A stretch of DNA of 62,940 bases, filler included, from a bacterium (lineage in GTDB: Bacteria; JALSQH01): NCBI GenBank assembly GCA_027004335.1. It is 10 parts of 10 records of this genome, joined end to end, with 100 filler letters (N's around TTAATTAATTAA, not from the genome) between each part and the next. Parts side by side here need not be neighbours in the genome. Positions count along the whole stretch, not along the records: positions 39,080 to 46,200 come from JALTID010000209.1; positions 46,301 to 53,396 come from JALTID010000210.1; 8 more parts are not named here. One strand, 5' to 3'. The position numbers and the translations under genes are program-made. Shown in pieces: positions 43,355 through 52,844 of this stretch (the first letter of the stretch is position 1; the number at the start of each line of letters is the position of its first letter). The notes beneath the pieces were generated by a model. That model saw only the letters and a program-made list of their open reading frames with translations. It was not told where the DNA came from and did no database searches.

Positions 43355-44587
43355 ATGAGAGAAGAAGTTGCAAAACTTGATGGGGTTTCCCTGTTTCTTG
43401 TCCGAAGAAATGAGGAAATTCTGAAAGATGTGAGTTTTTCACTCTCGGAAGGGGAACTCATTGTAATCAGAGGACCAACAGGAAGTGGAAAATCACTTTT
43501 ATTAAAATCAATTGCGGGGAGCAACCTTCAAGGAATAAAAGTAAGGGGAAAAATTAAAACCATTCATGAAAAAATCAGGGTGCCGCAGGATCCATCTTCG
43601 CTGCTGCTGACCCCTTCCGTAAGAACCTTACTATCGTTTCATGATTTTGAAAAGGCTTCAAGGCTACTGGAATATTTCGGAAAAGAAGAACTGCTCCACA
43701 GGAAAACTTACCATCTATCATATGGAGAAAAGAAAATAATTACCCTTCTCCACGCATTAACTTCCTCATCAAAACTTCTCTTGCTTGATGAACCATTCTC
43801 AGGTCTTGATAGCAGGAGAAGAGAAACTCTAAAATGGATTATTGATGAGGAGAGGAAGAGAGGGAGAAGTTTCATAATTGTTGACCATACTGCAAGCCCT
43901 TTTGAAAATGGTAAAATTCTCTACATAAGTACTGCCGAAAAAAGGATAACACGGCAGAAAAGAAAACATAGAAGAGAACTACCACCTTTAAGAAATTCAA
44001 AAAATGGGAGGGAATTACTTAAAATCAATAAAATAACTGTGAAGGTAGATGGGAAAGAAATTTTAAAAAACCTCTCTTTTACTCTCAATGAGGGGGAGTT
44101 AAAATTTATATCAGGGGAAAATGGAACGGGAAAAACCACTCTGCTCCATGCCATCTCAGGATGGGGGAAAAATGCAGAAGGTGAGATCAATTACAGAGGA
44201 AAAAAGTGGAAGAAAAAAGATCGGAAGAAAAAAACCTTTTTTCTCTCCCAGACACCGGAGAGCAGTTTTTTTTCCCTCAATATGGATTATATGAGCAGAC
44301 GTTCCGGAATCCCGGAGGAAAAAATTGAAAGAAGTAGTCTTGAAAAATTAAAGGGGATCCCCTCAATCTACTGGAGCTATGGAGAGAAGGTAAAATTTAA
44401 TCTACTCTTGGCAGATTCAAGCGAGGCGGAAATAATTATGATCGACGAGACTTTTTCATCTCTTGATTACAAATCCCTTCTTTTTCTCTACCAGAACCTC
44501 AATAGGTGGCTCAACGAAAATAGAGGTATAATAATAACAACTCCGGAAACCGGTACATCCTTTGAGGGAGTAAATCTTGACAGGTAA
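43355..44587 (+). CDS. Tandem-domain ABC ATPase (ECF A-A'-like)
   Basis: Two Walker A (GPTGSGKS, GENGTGKT), signatures LSYGE and WSYGE, Walker B LLLDEP and IMIDET. Confidence 0.85.
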   Translation: MREEVAKLDGVSLFLVRRNEEILKDVSFSLSEGELIVIRGPTGSGKSLLLKSIAGSNLQGIKVRGKIKTIHEKIRVPQDPSSLLLTPSVRTLLSFHDFEKASRLLEYFGKEELLHRKTYHLSYGEKKIITLLHALTSSSKLLLLDEPFSGLDSRRRETLKWIIDEERKRGRSFIIVDHTASPFENGKILYISTAEKRITRQKRKHRRELPPLRNSKNGRELLKINKITVKVDGKEILKNLSFTLNEGELKFISGENGTGKTTLLHAISGWGKNAEGEINYRGKKWKKKDRKKKTFFLSQTPESSFFSLNMDYMSRRSGIPEEKIERSSLEKLKGIPSIYWSYGEKVKFNLLLADSSEAEIIMIDETFSSLDYKSLLFLYQNLNRWLNENRGIIITTPETGTSFEGVNLDR

Positions 44588-45113
44588 AAGAGTAGCTTAC
44601 AGTGCAGTGTTCGGGATACTTATCGGGTTGTGGGAAACCCTTGCGGGGAATTTCTTACATCAACTGAGGGTCCCTTTCACAGGAGAGACCCTATCATTTT
44701 TTGACATTCTTATCTTCGCCTATATTTTTCAGAAAACAAGGGACAGAAATATCATACTCTACTCCGTAGCAGTTGCTATAGCAATAAGGATCACTCTCAT
44801 GGGTACATTTTCTCTTGGTCCCATCATTGGAGTAGCTGCCATATCTCTTCTTTTCTATACAGGGACAATTTTGAAAAAAATCGCATATCTTGCAGGAGGA
44901 ACACTGGCGGGACTCTGGTCCCCCTTTTATTTTGGAATAATAAAAGTAAAACTCCTGGGACCTGAACTTCTCCAATCATATAAATTTTTATTTAAAAAAG
45001 CCGGGATCACCTTCACTCCAGAAGAGTTAATAATCCTTCTAATAATCGTCGGTGGGGTATCAGGTCTACTGGCAGGGATCGCAGGGCAAAAGCTGGGAAG
45101 AGATCTACCATGA
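44577..45113 (+). CDS. Membrane protein, putative ECF-type S component
   Basis: 178 aa with about 5-6 TM helices; W.E...G.FLH.LRVPF.G motif; lies between ATPase and T-like genes. Confidence 0.6.
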   Translation: MTGKRVAYSAVFGILIGLWETLAGNFLHQLRVPFTGETLSFFDILIFAYIFQKTRDRNIILYSVAVAIAIRITLMGTFSLGPIIGVAAISLLFYTGTILKKIAYLAGGTLAGLWSPFYFGIIKVKLLGPELLQSYKFLFKKAGITFTPEELIILLIIVGGVSGLLAGIAGQKLGRDLP

Positions 45114-45634
45114 ACCTGATAATTGGAACATTTTTGATAATAATAAGCATCCTGAAGCTGAATTTAATAAAGGCGGGAGGAGTGGCTTTACTCTCATTGA
45201 TCCTTCTCTTTCCTCAGACAAAGATAAAAAAATTTGTATCAATTTTTGTAATACTAACTCTTATCCCACCATTTCTCGCGCCTGAAAAATTCAATCTTCT
45301 CATGCTGAATTCCCTTAAGATTACCATCAGATTTTCAGGTTTCTTTTTAATCATACTCTGGATAAATAAAAAATTCTCGGAGATAGACATCATCTCCTTC
45401 CCTCTACCTACATCAATAACTGCTCCTGTAACTCTTGCACTGAATATCCTGCCCCAGATGAATGAATTCTTCTCAGTCTCAACAAAGCAGTTAAGAAAAA
45501 GAAGGGGCTGGATAAGGGACCTGCCAGAATATGTTAAATTTTTGTTAGCCTATGTTACAAATTTTGCAGAAGAACTTGGAAAAGAGGTAGAAATCACCCT
45601 ATCTTTAATTGAAAATGATAAAAGAAATTACTGA
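45110..45634 (+). CDS. Membrane protein, putative ECF T-component-like
   Basis: N-terminal TMs followed by an LALNILP amphipathic region and a basic helix; operon context. Confidence 0.5.
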   Translation: MNLIIGTFLIIISILKLNLIKAGGVALLSLILLFPQTKIKKFVSIFVILTLIPPFLAPEKFNLLMLNSLKITIRFSGFFLIILWINKKFSEIDIISFPLPTSITAPVTLALNILPQMNEFFSVSTKQLRKRRGWIRDLPEYVKFLLAYVTNFAEELGKEVEITLSLIENDKRNY

Positions 45635-46088
45635 AGGAAAAATTACTTACATCATGGGACCGCTGAATTCCGGGAAGACCACTTACCTGAAAAGAAAAAT
45701 AGCTGAGAATCCAGACAACTATATAGGTTTTCTATCTCTTCCCATATACTTCTATCATGGATTAAAAAATTACTATCTTAAAGGCATAAATATCCCTATA
45801 GAAGGCCTTCTTACAGCTCCAGATCCTCTCTTATTACATCCACCCCTCTTTTACTGGCGAAAAAGATTTTTCTCACAGTTTATGTTTGATACTGTAACTG
45901 AATTTGTTATTGAAGATTCTGAAATTTCAACAAATAATAAAATATTTGTTATTGACGAGGTAGGCCCTCTGGAAAAAACTGGAAAAGGATGGAACAAACT
46001 AATTGACTTTCTTGTCAAAAATAATGTAAAATTAATTATGGTGGTGAGGAGAAAAGAGAGCAGAAAAAAACTTGAAAATAAATTTTAA
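45615..46088 (+). CDS. P-loop nucleoside triphosphatase (NTPase_1/THEP1/DUF2478-like)
   Basis: GPLNSGKTT, GFLS, FVIDEVGPLE..GKGW and MVVR. Confidence 0.8.
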   Translation: MIKEITEGKITYIMGPLNSGKTTYLKRKIAENPDNYIGFLSLPIYFYHGLKNYYLKGINIPIEGLLTAPDPLLLHPPLFYWRKRFFSQFMFDTVTEFVIEDSEISTNNKIFVIDEVGPLEKTGKGWNKLIDFLVKNNVKLIMVVRRKESRKKLENKF

Positions 46089-46100
46089 ATGTGTTATATT
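46072..46100 (+). promoter_or_regulatory. Sigma70 promoter with extended -10
   Basis: TTGAAA-17 nt-TATATT with TG at 46092-46093. Confidence 0.65.
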
Positions 46101-46106
46101 AACTTT

Positions 46107-46184
46107 AGAATTTAATACGCTGTTTTACTTATACCCCTCCCCCCTCCCCCGGCGGGAAAGCGTCACGCTTTCCTGCCGTTTTTT
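46107..46184 (+). ncRNA. Candidate small RNA (about 78 nt)
   Basis: Bounded by a promoter and an intrinsic terminator; contains no ATG; has a C-rich tract. Confidence 0.5.
46150..46184 (+). terminator. Intrinsic terminator
   Basis: 13-bp stem CGGCGGGAAAGCG / CGCTTTCCTGCCG (one G-U), loop TCA, then T6. Confidence 0.9.
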
Positions 46185-46300
46185 AACAAGAGGCTAATTC
46201 NNNNNNNNNNNNNNNNNNNNNNNNNNNNNNNNNNNNNNNNNNNNTTAATTAATTAANNNNNNNNNNNNNNNNNNNNNNNNNNNNNNNNNNNNNNNNNNNN

Positions 46301-47653
46301 TTAGAAAAATTAAAAGAAATAGTGGGGAAAAATTTTCCCTCTGCTTCTGTTGAGGATCTCTATCTTTACGGTAGAGATGGTGGTTCCACCCCACCCCGAG
46401 AGGTTGATTTTGTAGTTGCTCCCGGTAGCGTGGAAGATGTACAGCAGATAGTTAAGTTTGCCTATAATGAAGGGATCCCCATTACTCCATCCGGGGCTGG
46501 ATTAACTCTCAATGGTCTTACCCTTCCTCTTAAGGGGGGGATTGTACTTGATATGAGGAGGATGAACAGGATCATTGAAGTAAATAAGTTGGCAAGATAT
46601 GTGGTGGTTGAATCTGGTGTTACCCAGGGGTTTCTCCTCTCCTATCTCAAAGAAAACTATCCTGAGCTGCAACATTCACTTCCTGAGGCACCCCCCGCTG
46701 CTACAGTGGTTGGGAATCTTTTAATAAAGGGTCACGGCACCCAGGCTTTTTATGGAGAAAATTCCGATATGATAAATGGTCTTGAAGTGATCCTTCCTGA
46801 TGGAGAAATAGTTTATACAGGCTCCAGATCAATCTCAGACTACTGGTTTACCAAGGGACCCCTCCCTGAGCTAACAGGATTGTTTATCTCCTGGTTTGGG
46901 ACCACAGGCATTGTCACAAAGGCTTCTCTCAGACTCTTTCCAAGAACCAGGTTTAAAGATGCGGTACTTTTTGTAACAGATGACGCTGAGCTTCTTCCAC
47001 CTCTAATATATGAGATCACATCTACAAGACTGTTTGACAACATTGGAATGCTTGGTCAGGATCTCCCTGAATATTTAAAGGGACATAAATTTGTAGCTGT
47101 TATGATCTCAGGGAATTATGAGGAAGAGATAGAACTTAAAAAAAGAATTATCTCCTCTGTGGAAGAAAAAGTTGATGGAGTGACTCTTATCCAGCAGATA
47201 CCTCCAAATATTGCTAAGAGATTTATGGAGGAACCTCCCTTTGCAGCAGTTGCCGCTGATTTTAGAAAGGGGGGTGGATTCCAGTACTGTGGTTCCATGA
47301 TACCACTTGAAAAAGTGCCAGAGGCGTGGGTTGAAGGGGAGAAGATCGCCCACAAATATAATTTTTATTTTTCATGTGCCAACCAGGTACTTGCCTATGG
47401 TCATGAAGTTATGTTTGGATTCAACTACTCCTTTAACAGGGCGGACAAAGATGAAATAGAGAGAGTAAGAAAAGCAATGAAGGAAACCAATGAACTTGTT
47501 GTTAAATTGGGGGGGATCCCATGGAAGGCTGATACTTACGGACAGAAACTCATCCTTGATAAGATGTACCCGGGGACAAAAAAGCTGATTGAGAAGATCA
47601 AAAAACTGCTTGATCCTGAGGGAATAATGAATCCCGGCAACTGGGAGAGTTAA
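46301..47653 (+). CDS. FAD-binding oxidoreductase, GlcD-like (5' truncated)
   Basis: VVAPGSVEDVQ, GGIVLDMRRMN, GLEVILPDG, GTTGIVTK and LDPEGIMNPG. Confidence 0.88.
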   Translation, partial: LEKLKEIVGKNFPSASVEDLYLYGRDGGSTPPREVDFVVAPGSVEDVQQIVKFAYNEGIPITPSGAGLTLNGLTLPLKGGIVLDMRRMNRIIEVNKLARYVVVESGVTQGFLLSYLKENYPELQHSLPEAPPAATVVGNLLIKGHGTQAFYGENSDMINGLEVILPDGEIVYTGSRSISDYWFTKGPLPELTGLFISWFGTTGIVTKASLRLFPRTRFKDAVLFVTDDAELLPPLIYEITSTRLFDNIGMLGQDLPEYLKGHKFVAVMISGNYEEEIELKKRIISSVEEKVDGVTLIQQIPPNIAKRFMEEPPFAAVAADFRKGGGFQYCGSMIPLEKVPEAWVEGEKIAHKYNFYFSCANQVLAYGHEVMFGFNYSFNRADKDEIERVRKAMKETNELVVKLGGIPWKADTYGQKLILDKMYPGTKKLIEKIKKLLDPEGIMNPGNWES

Positions 47654-47656
47654 TAT

Positions 47657-48823
47657 ATGGGCCTTGATGAATACAGAGAGATAATTCATAGATGTTTTCG
47701 TTGTGGTTTCTGCAAATTAACAACTGATTACAACTGGAGAGGCTTTAACTGTCCGGAGTATAATAAATTCAGACTTGAGAGTTACTCTCCAGGTGGTATG
47801 CTCTGGCTCTCCTATGCTGCTTTTGTAACTGGAGAATTAAAACCAGACAACCATCTTGCTGAGATTCTGTATTCCTGCTCCATGTGCAAAAACTGCGCCC
47901 AGAGTTGTAAATTTAAATTTGGTGATATGGTAACTGAGATGCTCCGAAAAACAAGAGAGGAAATTGTAGAAAAACACCCTGAATTGGTTCCTGCGGTGGT
48001 TCAAAAATTTTTAAAGAATGTTTATAGATATGGAAATCCATATGGTGTAAATTCCTCCGAATTTAAAAGCATAGAAAAGATTCCTGGTGTTGAAAGATAC
48101 AGTAATCAGGAGTACCTCCTCTATCTCTCCCCCATCTCCTACATTGAACCTTCTGCCTATGAATCTGCCCATTCTCTTGCTGAGGTTTTAGTGAAGCTAA
48201 AAATCTCCTTTGGAATTATAGGACCTGATGAGATCTGTGACGGGAATGAGGTTCTGATGTTAGGTGATTCAGCCCTTTTTGATTATGTGAAGGAGAAAAA
48301 TCTTGAACAATTCAAAAAAATGAATGTTAAAAAAATTATCACATTCTCCCCCCACAGCTACAATGCCATGAAAAACTACTATTCTATGGATGAAATAGAA
48401 GTATTTCATTATACTCAGATTATTTATGACTTTCTTAACAAAGGTAAAATTAAATTTAACAGGGGACTTAATAAAAGGATCACCTACCATGATCCCTGTT
48501 TTTTAGGAAGATACAACGGTATTTATGAAGAACCAAGGGAGATTTTAAGGTCAATTCCCGGTATAGATTTTGTTGAAATGCCGAGAAACAGAGAAAAGGC
48601 TTTTTGCTGTGGTGGTGGAGGTGGTAATTTTTATACTGATATGATTGGCCCTGGTGAAAATGCACCATCCAGAGTTAGAGTTAGAGAAGCTGAGGAAACC
48701 GGTGCGGAAATTATTGCTGTTGCATGTCCTGTATGTAAGTTAATGCTGGAAAACGGGGCGCAGGGAGAAGATTCAAAATTAGAAATTAAAGATATATCAG
48801 CTATCCTTCTTGAACTCCTTTGA
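47657..48823 (+). CDS. Fe-S oxidoreductase with CCG domain (GlpC/HdrD-like)
   Basis: CFRCGFC, CSMCKNC...C, YHDPCFLGR, CCGGGGG and ACPVC. Confidence 0.9.
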   Translation: MGLDEYREIIHRCFRCGFCKLTTDYNWRGFNCPEYNKFRLESYSPGGMLWLSYAAFVTGELKPDNHLAEILYSCSMCKNCAQSCKFKFGDMVTEMLRKTREEIVEKHPELVPAVVQKFLKNVYRYGNPYGVNSSEFKSIEKIPGVERYSNQEYLLYLSPISYIEPSAYESAHSLAEVLVKLKISFGIIGPDEICDGNEVLMLGDSALFDYVKEKNLEQFKKMNVKKIITFSPHSYNAMKNYYSMDEIEVFHYTQIIYDFLNKGKIKFNRGLNKRITYHDPCFLGRYNGIYEEPREILRSIPGIDFVEMPRNREKAFCCGGGGGNFYTDMIGPGENAPSRVRVREAEETGAEIIAVACPVCKLMLENGAQGEDSKLEIKDISAILLELL

Positions 48824-49474
48824 ATATTTCTTACTTAGACTTTCCATTTTTTCTCTAAACTCGTTGAATGCCTCAATTCTTATTTTCATTATTGTGTCCA
48901 GAGGCTGGTTCTCTAGTTCACTTAGTATCCCGTAATTGTAAAGGCTGACGATACCATGCAGTGTGCTCCAGAGGCGGATTAAATTTATTCTTGCTTCCTG
49001 CTCAGGGGTGCCCGAAAAGGCTTCTCTGAGAAGTTTTAATATAAAATTAAACACCTTCAGACCTGTTTTTTTACTTTCTGATGCCAGTTTTTCCGCGTCT
49101 GTTCCTACAAAATCTGTATACCTCGGGGCAGAAGTCATGAGCATCACTTCATAGTAGTTTTTGTTTTTTATTGCAAAATTTATGTATGCTTCCCCTACAT
49201 TTAAGAGTTTTTCAAGGGGGGTTTTCCCGGAAAGAGTTAAAGAAGATAAAGCGGAATAGAGTTTTTCAAAAGCCCTTTTTAACAGGGTAAGATAAAGTGC
49301 ATCTTTACTCGGAAAATAATTGTAAAGATTTGCTGCAGTCATACCTGTTCTCTTGGCAATATTTCTCATACTCAGATTTGCATAACCTTCCCTTGTTATT
49401 ACATCAAGGGCTGCAGCAAGAATTTTTTCTTTTACCTGTTCAATTTCTTCCGGGGTTCTTGGTAACTTTGCCAT
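48797..49474 (-). CDS. TetR/AcrR family regulator
   Basis: [32 protein letters not shown] and WSTLHG. Confidence 0.92.
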   Translation of the reverse strand: MAKLPRTPEEIEQVKEKILAAALDVITREGYANLSMRNIAKRTGMTAANLYNYFPSKDALYLTLLKRAFEKLYSALSSLTLSGKTPLEKLLNVGEAYINFAIKNKNYYEVMLMTSAPRYTDFVGTDAEKLASESKKTGLKVFNFILKLLREAFSGTPEQEARINLIRLWSTLHGIVSLYNYGILSELENQPLDTIMKIRIEAFNEFREKMESLSKKYSKEFKKDS

Positions 49475-49595
49475 CTCTTCATCCCCTCTCAAGAATTTGT
49501 AGTATTAAACCTATTTATATTTATAATTGGTAAGAATGTCAAGGGTAAGACTTTATTATTTGATTTTATTTTTGTGAAATATATAATAATGCTAA

Positions 49596-49645
49596 ACTCC
49601 TTGCTCTTCCTTCAAGAGGGAGGGCTAAAAAACCATGAGGAGGTG
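49596..49645 (+). promoter_or_regulatory. S6:S18-type ribosomal protein leader
   Basis: CTCCT at 49597-49601 can pair with SD AGGAG at 49638-49642, enclosing hairpin CTCTTCCT / AGGGAGGG; lies directly upstream of the bS6 ATG, downstream of TATAAT at 49582. Confidence 0.7.
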
Positions 49646-49648
49646 CTT

Positions 49649-50230
49649 ATGAGAGTCTATGAGACTATTTTTATTCTTGGTGAAAAGTTAGAGGATCCAC
49701 AGATTTCAGAGGAAATTGAAAAATATCGCAAACTCATTGAAGAAAGTGGTGGTGACATAATTTCTGTGGATAACTGGGGTAAAAGAACCCTCGCTTATGA
49801 GATTCAGAAAAATAGAAGAGGGACTTATGTTCTTATAAAATTTCAGGGGGAGGGAGACATCATTAAGAAGCTTGAGAGAAGATTTAGACTTGACGAACAT
49901 GTTATTAGATTTTTTACTGCAAAGGTTGAGCAGAAAAAGGAAGGGAAAAAGAGGACCAGAAGATCCGGGCAGAATGGAGAGTATAGAAGAGGAAGGAAGA
50001 AATATGGAAGGTTCTGCGAAGATGGAGTTGAGATTGATTATAAAAATCCTCGTTTACTCAGAGATTATATTACAGAAAGAGGAAAAATTCTTCCAAGAAG
50101 AGTTACCGGTACATGCGCAAAACATCAGAGGCAACTCACCGTTGCGATAAAGCGGGCAAGAGTTTTGGCATTAATACCATTTACAACTGTGACAAAGAAG
50201 ATTATAATTTTACCAAAGGATTTGAAATAA
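49649..50230 (+). CDS. rpsF: Fused 30S ribosomal proteins bS6-bS18
   Basis: [26 protein letters not shown] (bS6) continues in frame into [39 protein letters not shown] (bS18). Confidence 0.93.
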   Translation: MRVYETIFILGEKLEDPQISEEIEKYRKLIEESGGDIISVDNWGKRTLAYEIQKNRRGTYVLIKFQGEGDIIKKLERRFRLDEHVIRFFTAKVEQKKEGKKRTRRSGQNGEYRRGRKKYGRFCEDGVEIDYKNPRLLRDYITERGKILPRRVTGTCAKHQRQLTVAIKRARVLALIPFTTVTKKIIILPKDLK

Positions 50231-50249
50231 AATAGCGAGGAGGTAGGTA

Positions 50250-50711
50250 ATGGAGGTGATTCTCCTAGAAGATGTGGAAAAATTGGGGAAAATAGGAGAT
50301 GTTGTTAAGGTTGCTGATGGCTACGCAAGGAATTATCTTATCCCCAAAAAGTTAGCGGTAAAGGCAGATCCCAGAAGAGTGAAAGAGTTTGAGCATAAAA
50401 AGAGAATGGTCCAGAGAAAGATTGAAAAGAAAAAGAAGATGATGGAATCTCTTGCAGAAAAACTTTCTGGGGTTAAACTAACCTTCCATAGGAAAATAGT
50501 TGAAGGAGAGGAAAGCAAGATATATGGCTCTGTTACGATTAATGACCTTCTTACCGCTCTTCAAAATGAAGGAATAGAAGTTCCCAAGAATAGTGTAGAG
50601 TTGGAAAAGCCGTTAAAGCAGTTAGGTGTCTTCACTGTGCATGTGAAGCTGGATCTGGGGATAAAAAGTGAGGTACAGGTGGAGATAATGCCTGAAGATG
50701 AAAATAAGTGA
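50250..50711 (+). CDS. rplI: 50S ribosomal protein bL9
   Basis: MEVILLEDV..LG..GDVVKVADGYARNYLIP and KIYGSVT. Confidence 0.97.
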   Translation: MEVILLEDVEKLGKIGDVVKVADGYARNYLIPKKLAVKADPRRVKEFEHKKRMVQRKIEKKKKMMESLAEKLSGVKLTFHRKIVEGEESKIYGSVTINDLLTALQNEGIEVPKNSVELEKPLKQLGVFTVHVKLDLGIKSEVQVEIMPEDENK

Positions 50712-52074
50712 AGATATAGGGGGAAAAGTACCCCCTCAAAATCTGGAGGCGGAAGAGTATTTACTTGGGAGTTTGCTTCTTGATAATTCTCTTGTTGATT
50801 CAGTGGCTGGTGTAGTATCTGAAAAAGATTTTTACAAACCTGCTCATGGGGTGATTTTTCGGCATATGCTACTATTACGGGATAGGGGTGACCCCATTGA
50901 TGTAGTCACTTTAACTGAATCACTTACAAAATCGGGGGAAATAGAACTCACCGGTGGAGCATCATATATTGCTTCTCTTGCGGATGTTGCTCCATTGGCT
51001 TCTCATGCTGAAGATTATGCAAGAATTGTTAAAGAAAAATCTGTTTTGAGAATGTTGATTCGTGAAGCAACGAGGATTGTTGATGAGGCATACATGCCGG
51101 AGAAGGATGTTGAAACATTTTTTGGTGAGGTGGAGAAGAGGATCTTTGAGATATTAGAAAGCGGTCAGCCAGAAGTCCTTGTTCCAATAAGGGATGCTCT
51201 TGAAGAGGTAATGGGAATACTTGAAGAACTCTCCTCCTCCCCCTATGCAAGGATTGGAATATCCACAGGGTTTGAAGATCTTGATAATATTATATATGGT
51301 TTGCTGCCCGGCAACTTTATTATCCTTGCTGCCCGACCCTCTAAGGGTAAGACTTCTTTTGCTTTAAATATAGCAACCAATGTTGCGATGAAGGGCTTTC
51401 CTGTGCTTTTCATTTCCATGGAGATGCAGGTTAGAGAATTAATTAACAGAATGCTCTCTTCAATGTCTGGAGTTCCCCTTGATATTATAATTAAAGGACT
51501 TTTTGGTCAGAGTGGCATGTTGAAAATTTACAAGGCTTATGAGAGCTTGAAGGATCTTGATATTAAATTTGATACCTCTTCAAGAACTCTTTATGATGTT
51601 AGGACCAAGATAAGAAAATTTGTTAATGAAAATTATAGAAAGTATAAGGATAAGAATAAATTAGGGCTTGTGATTATAGATTATATTCAATTGATGACCT
51701 CTGGAGGTAGAAGTGAGAGAAGAGAATTAGATGTAGCAGAAGTATCCAGAGGATTAAAAAATATTGCCAGTGATCTTAATATCCCTGTTTTTGCTCTTTC
51801 TCAATTGAATAGAGAGGTGGAAAAAAGAGAAAGAGTGGAGCCGCGGTTATCAGATCTCAGGGAATCTGGCGCTCTTGAACAGGATGCTGATCTTATAATG
51901 TTTATTTATGATCCTGATGAACTGAAAAAGAAAAAAGATGAAGCGGTACGGAAACAATCACGGGATTTTCAAAGATTGATTGTTAAGGTAGCCAAACAGC
52001 GAAATGGTATGTTGGGATCTGTAGAATTCCAGTTTTATAAAAGATTGACACTTTTTAGAGAAGTAACTATTTAG
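50698..52074 (+). CDS. dnaB: Replicative DNA helicase
   Basis: PPQNLEAE, AARPSKGKT, IIDYIQL, LSQLNR and SDLRESGALEQDAD. Confidence 0.97.
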   Translation: MKISEDIGGKVPPQNLEAEEYLLGSLLLDNSLVDSVAGVVSEKDFYKPAHGVIFRHMLLLRDRGDPIDVVTLTESLTKSGEIELTGGASYIASLADVAPLASHAEDYARIVKEKSVLRMLIREATRIVDEAYMPEKDVETFFGEVEKRIFEILESGQPEVLVPIRDALEEVMGILEELSSSPYARIGISTGFEDLDNIIYGLLPGNFIILAARPSKGKTSFALNIATNVAMKGFPVLFISMEMQVRELINRMLSSMSGVPLDIIIKGLFGQSGMLKIYKAYESLKDLDIKFDTSSRTLYDVRTKIRKFVNENYRKYKDKNKLGLVIIDYIQLMTSGGRSERRELDVAEVSRGLKNIASDLNIPVFALSQLNREVEKRERVEPRLSDLRESGALEQDADLIMFIYDPDELKKKKDEAVRKQSRDFQRLIVKVAKQRNGMLGSVEFQFYKRLTLFREVTI

Positions 52075-52844
52075 GTTATTATCTTCCAGATAGCAGTGGT
52101 GGGAAGAAGTTCCATTTTCATTTCTGTTATTTCTTTTTTAAAATTTCTAAGGAAATCGGTATCATATTTATAACTCGTGAGTTGAGGTCTTACAATTTTA
52201 TCCTCTGAAGAACACAGTACGGTAGGAGTTGCTGCAAGAGCTCCTGTAATAATCAATTCATACGATCCAATTTTGTTAATCAGCCATTCTTTCCCCATGG
52301 CATCGCAACCGATAAGAACTATGTCTCTTTTGCGTGAAAGTTTTGCCAGATTTTCGTCCTTTGTTACAAAGGTCCTGATTCCATGTTTTCTCAATTCCTC
52401 CGCAGTCTTATATCCCTCCATGGCAGGATGCCCTTCTCCAACAGTTACTGTAAAATCTTTCCCCTCTTCACGAAGCGCAATTAAAGAGGAGATAACCATT
52501 TTGCTGTGAGAGATTGTCACAAGTTTTTTTACCTCAAGTTTTTTTAAGAAATTTACGCATTTTTTTACAGGTTCTTGGTGGATTTTCTTCAGGTGCGTTC
52601 TGAAATCAATCAGGTGTTCTTTGAGATTGTCCCTGTAATTTTCAAGGTGATAGGCAATGTAATGCATCTGGATCATAGGGGGGAAATTTTTTCTAATCTC
52701 AGCTGCTGTCCATTTCAGAATTTCAGGGGTAATTTCTTTTTCATATTCAATGAGGACTTCAATGATCTTTTCCTGGAGGTAGGTTGCACCGTGGGTCCTG
52801 TCTTCTAAAAGTTGCTGAAGTTTTCCTATTACCTCTTTGCTCAT
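52071..52844 (-). CDS. eIF-2B / sugar-phosphate-isomerase-like fold protein
   Basis: D.THGA, TISHS..V, EGHP.MEG...A..L and VLIGCDA....INKIGS. Confidence 0.7.
   Translation of the reverse strand: MSKEVIGKLQQLLEDRTHGATYLQEKIIEVLIEYEKEITPEILKWTAAEIRKNFPPMIQMHYIAYHLENYRDNLKEHLIDFRTHLKKIHQEPVKKCVNFLKKLEVKKLVTISHSKMVISSLIALREEGKDFTVTVGEGHPAMEGYKTAEELRKHGIRTFVTKDENLAKLSRKRDIVLIGCDAMGKEWLINKIGSYELIITGALAATPTVLCSSEDKIVRPQLTSYKYDTDFLRNFKKEITEMKMELLPTTAIWKIIT

Noticed and set aside
49574-49648. 25-aa N-terminal extension of bS6 in the ORF track
   Set aside because: It overlaps the promoter and leader. The real start is ATG 49649 after AGGAGG.
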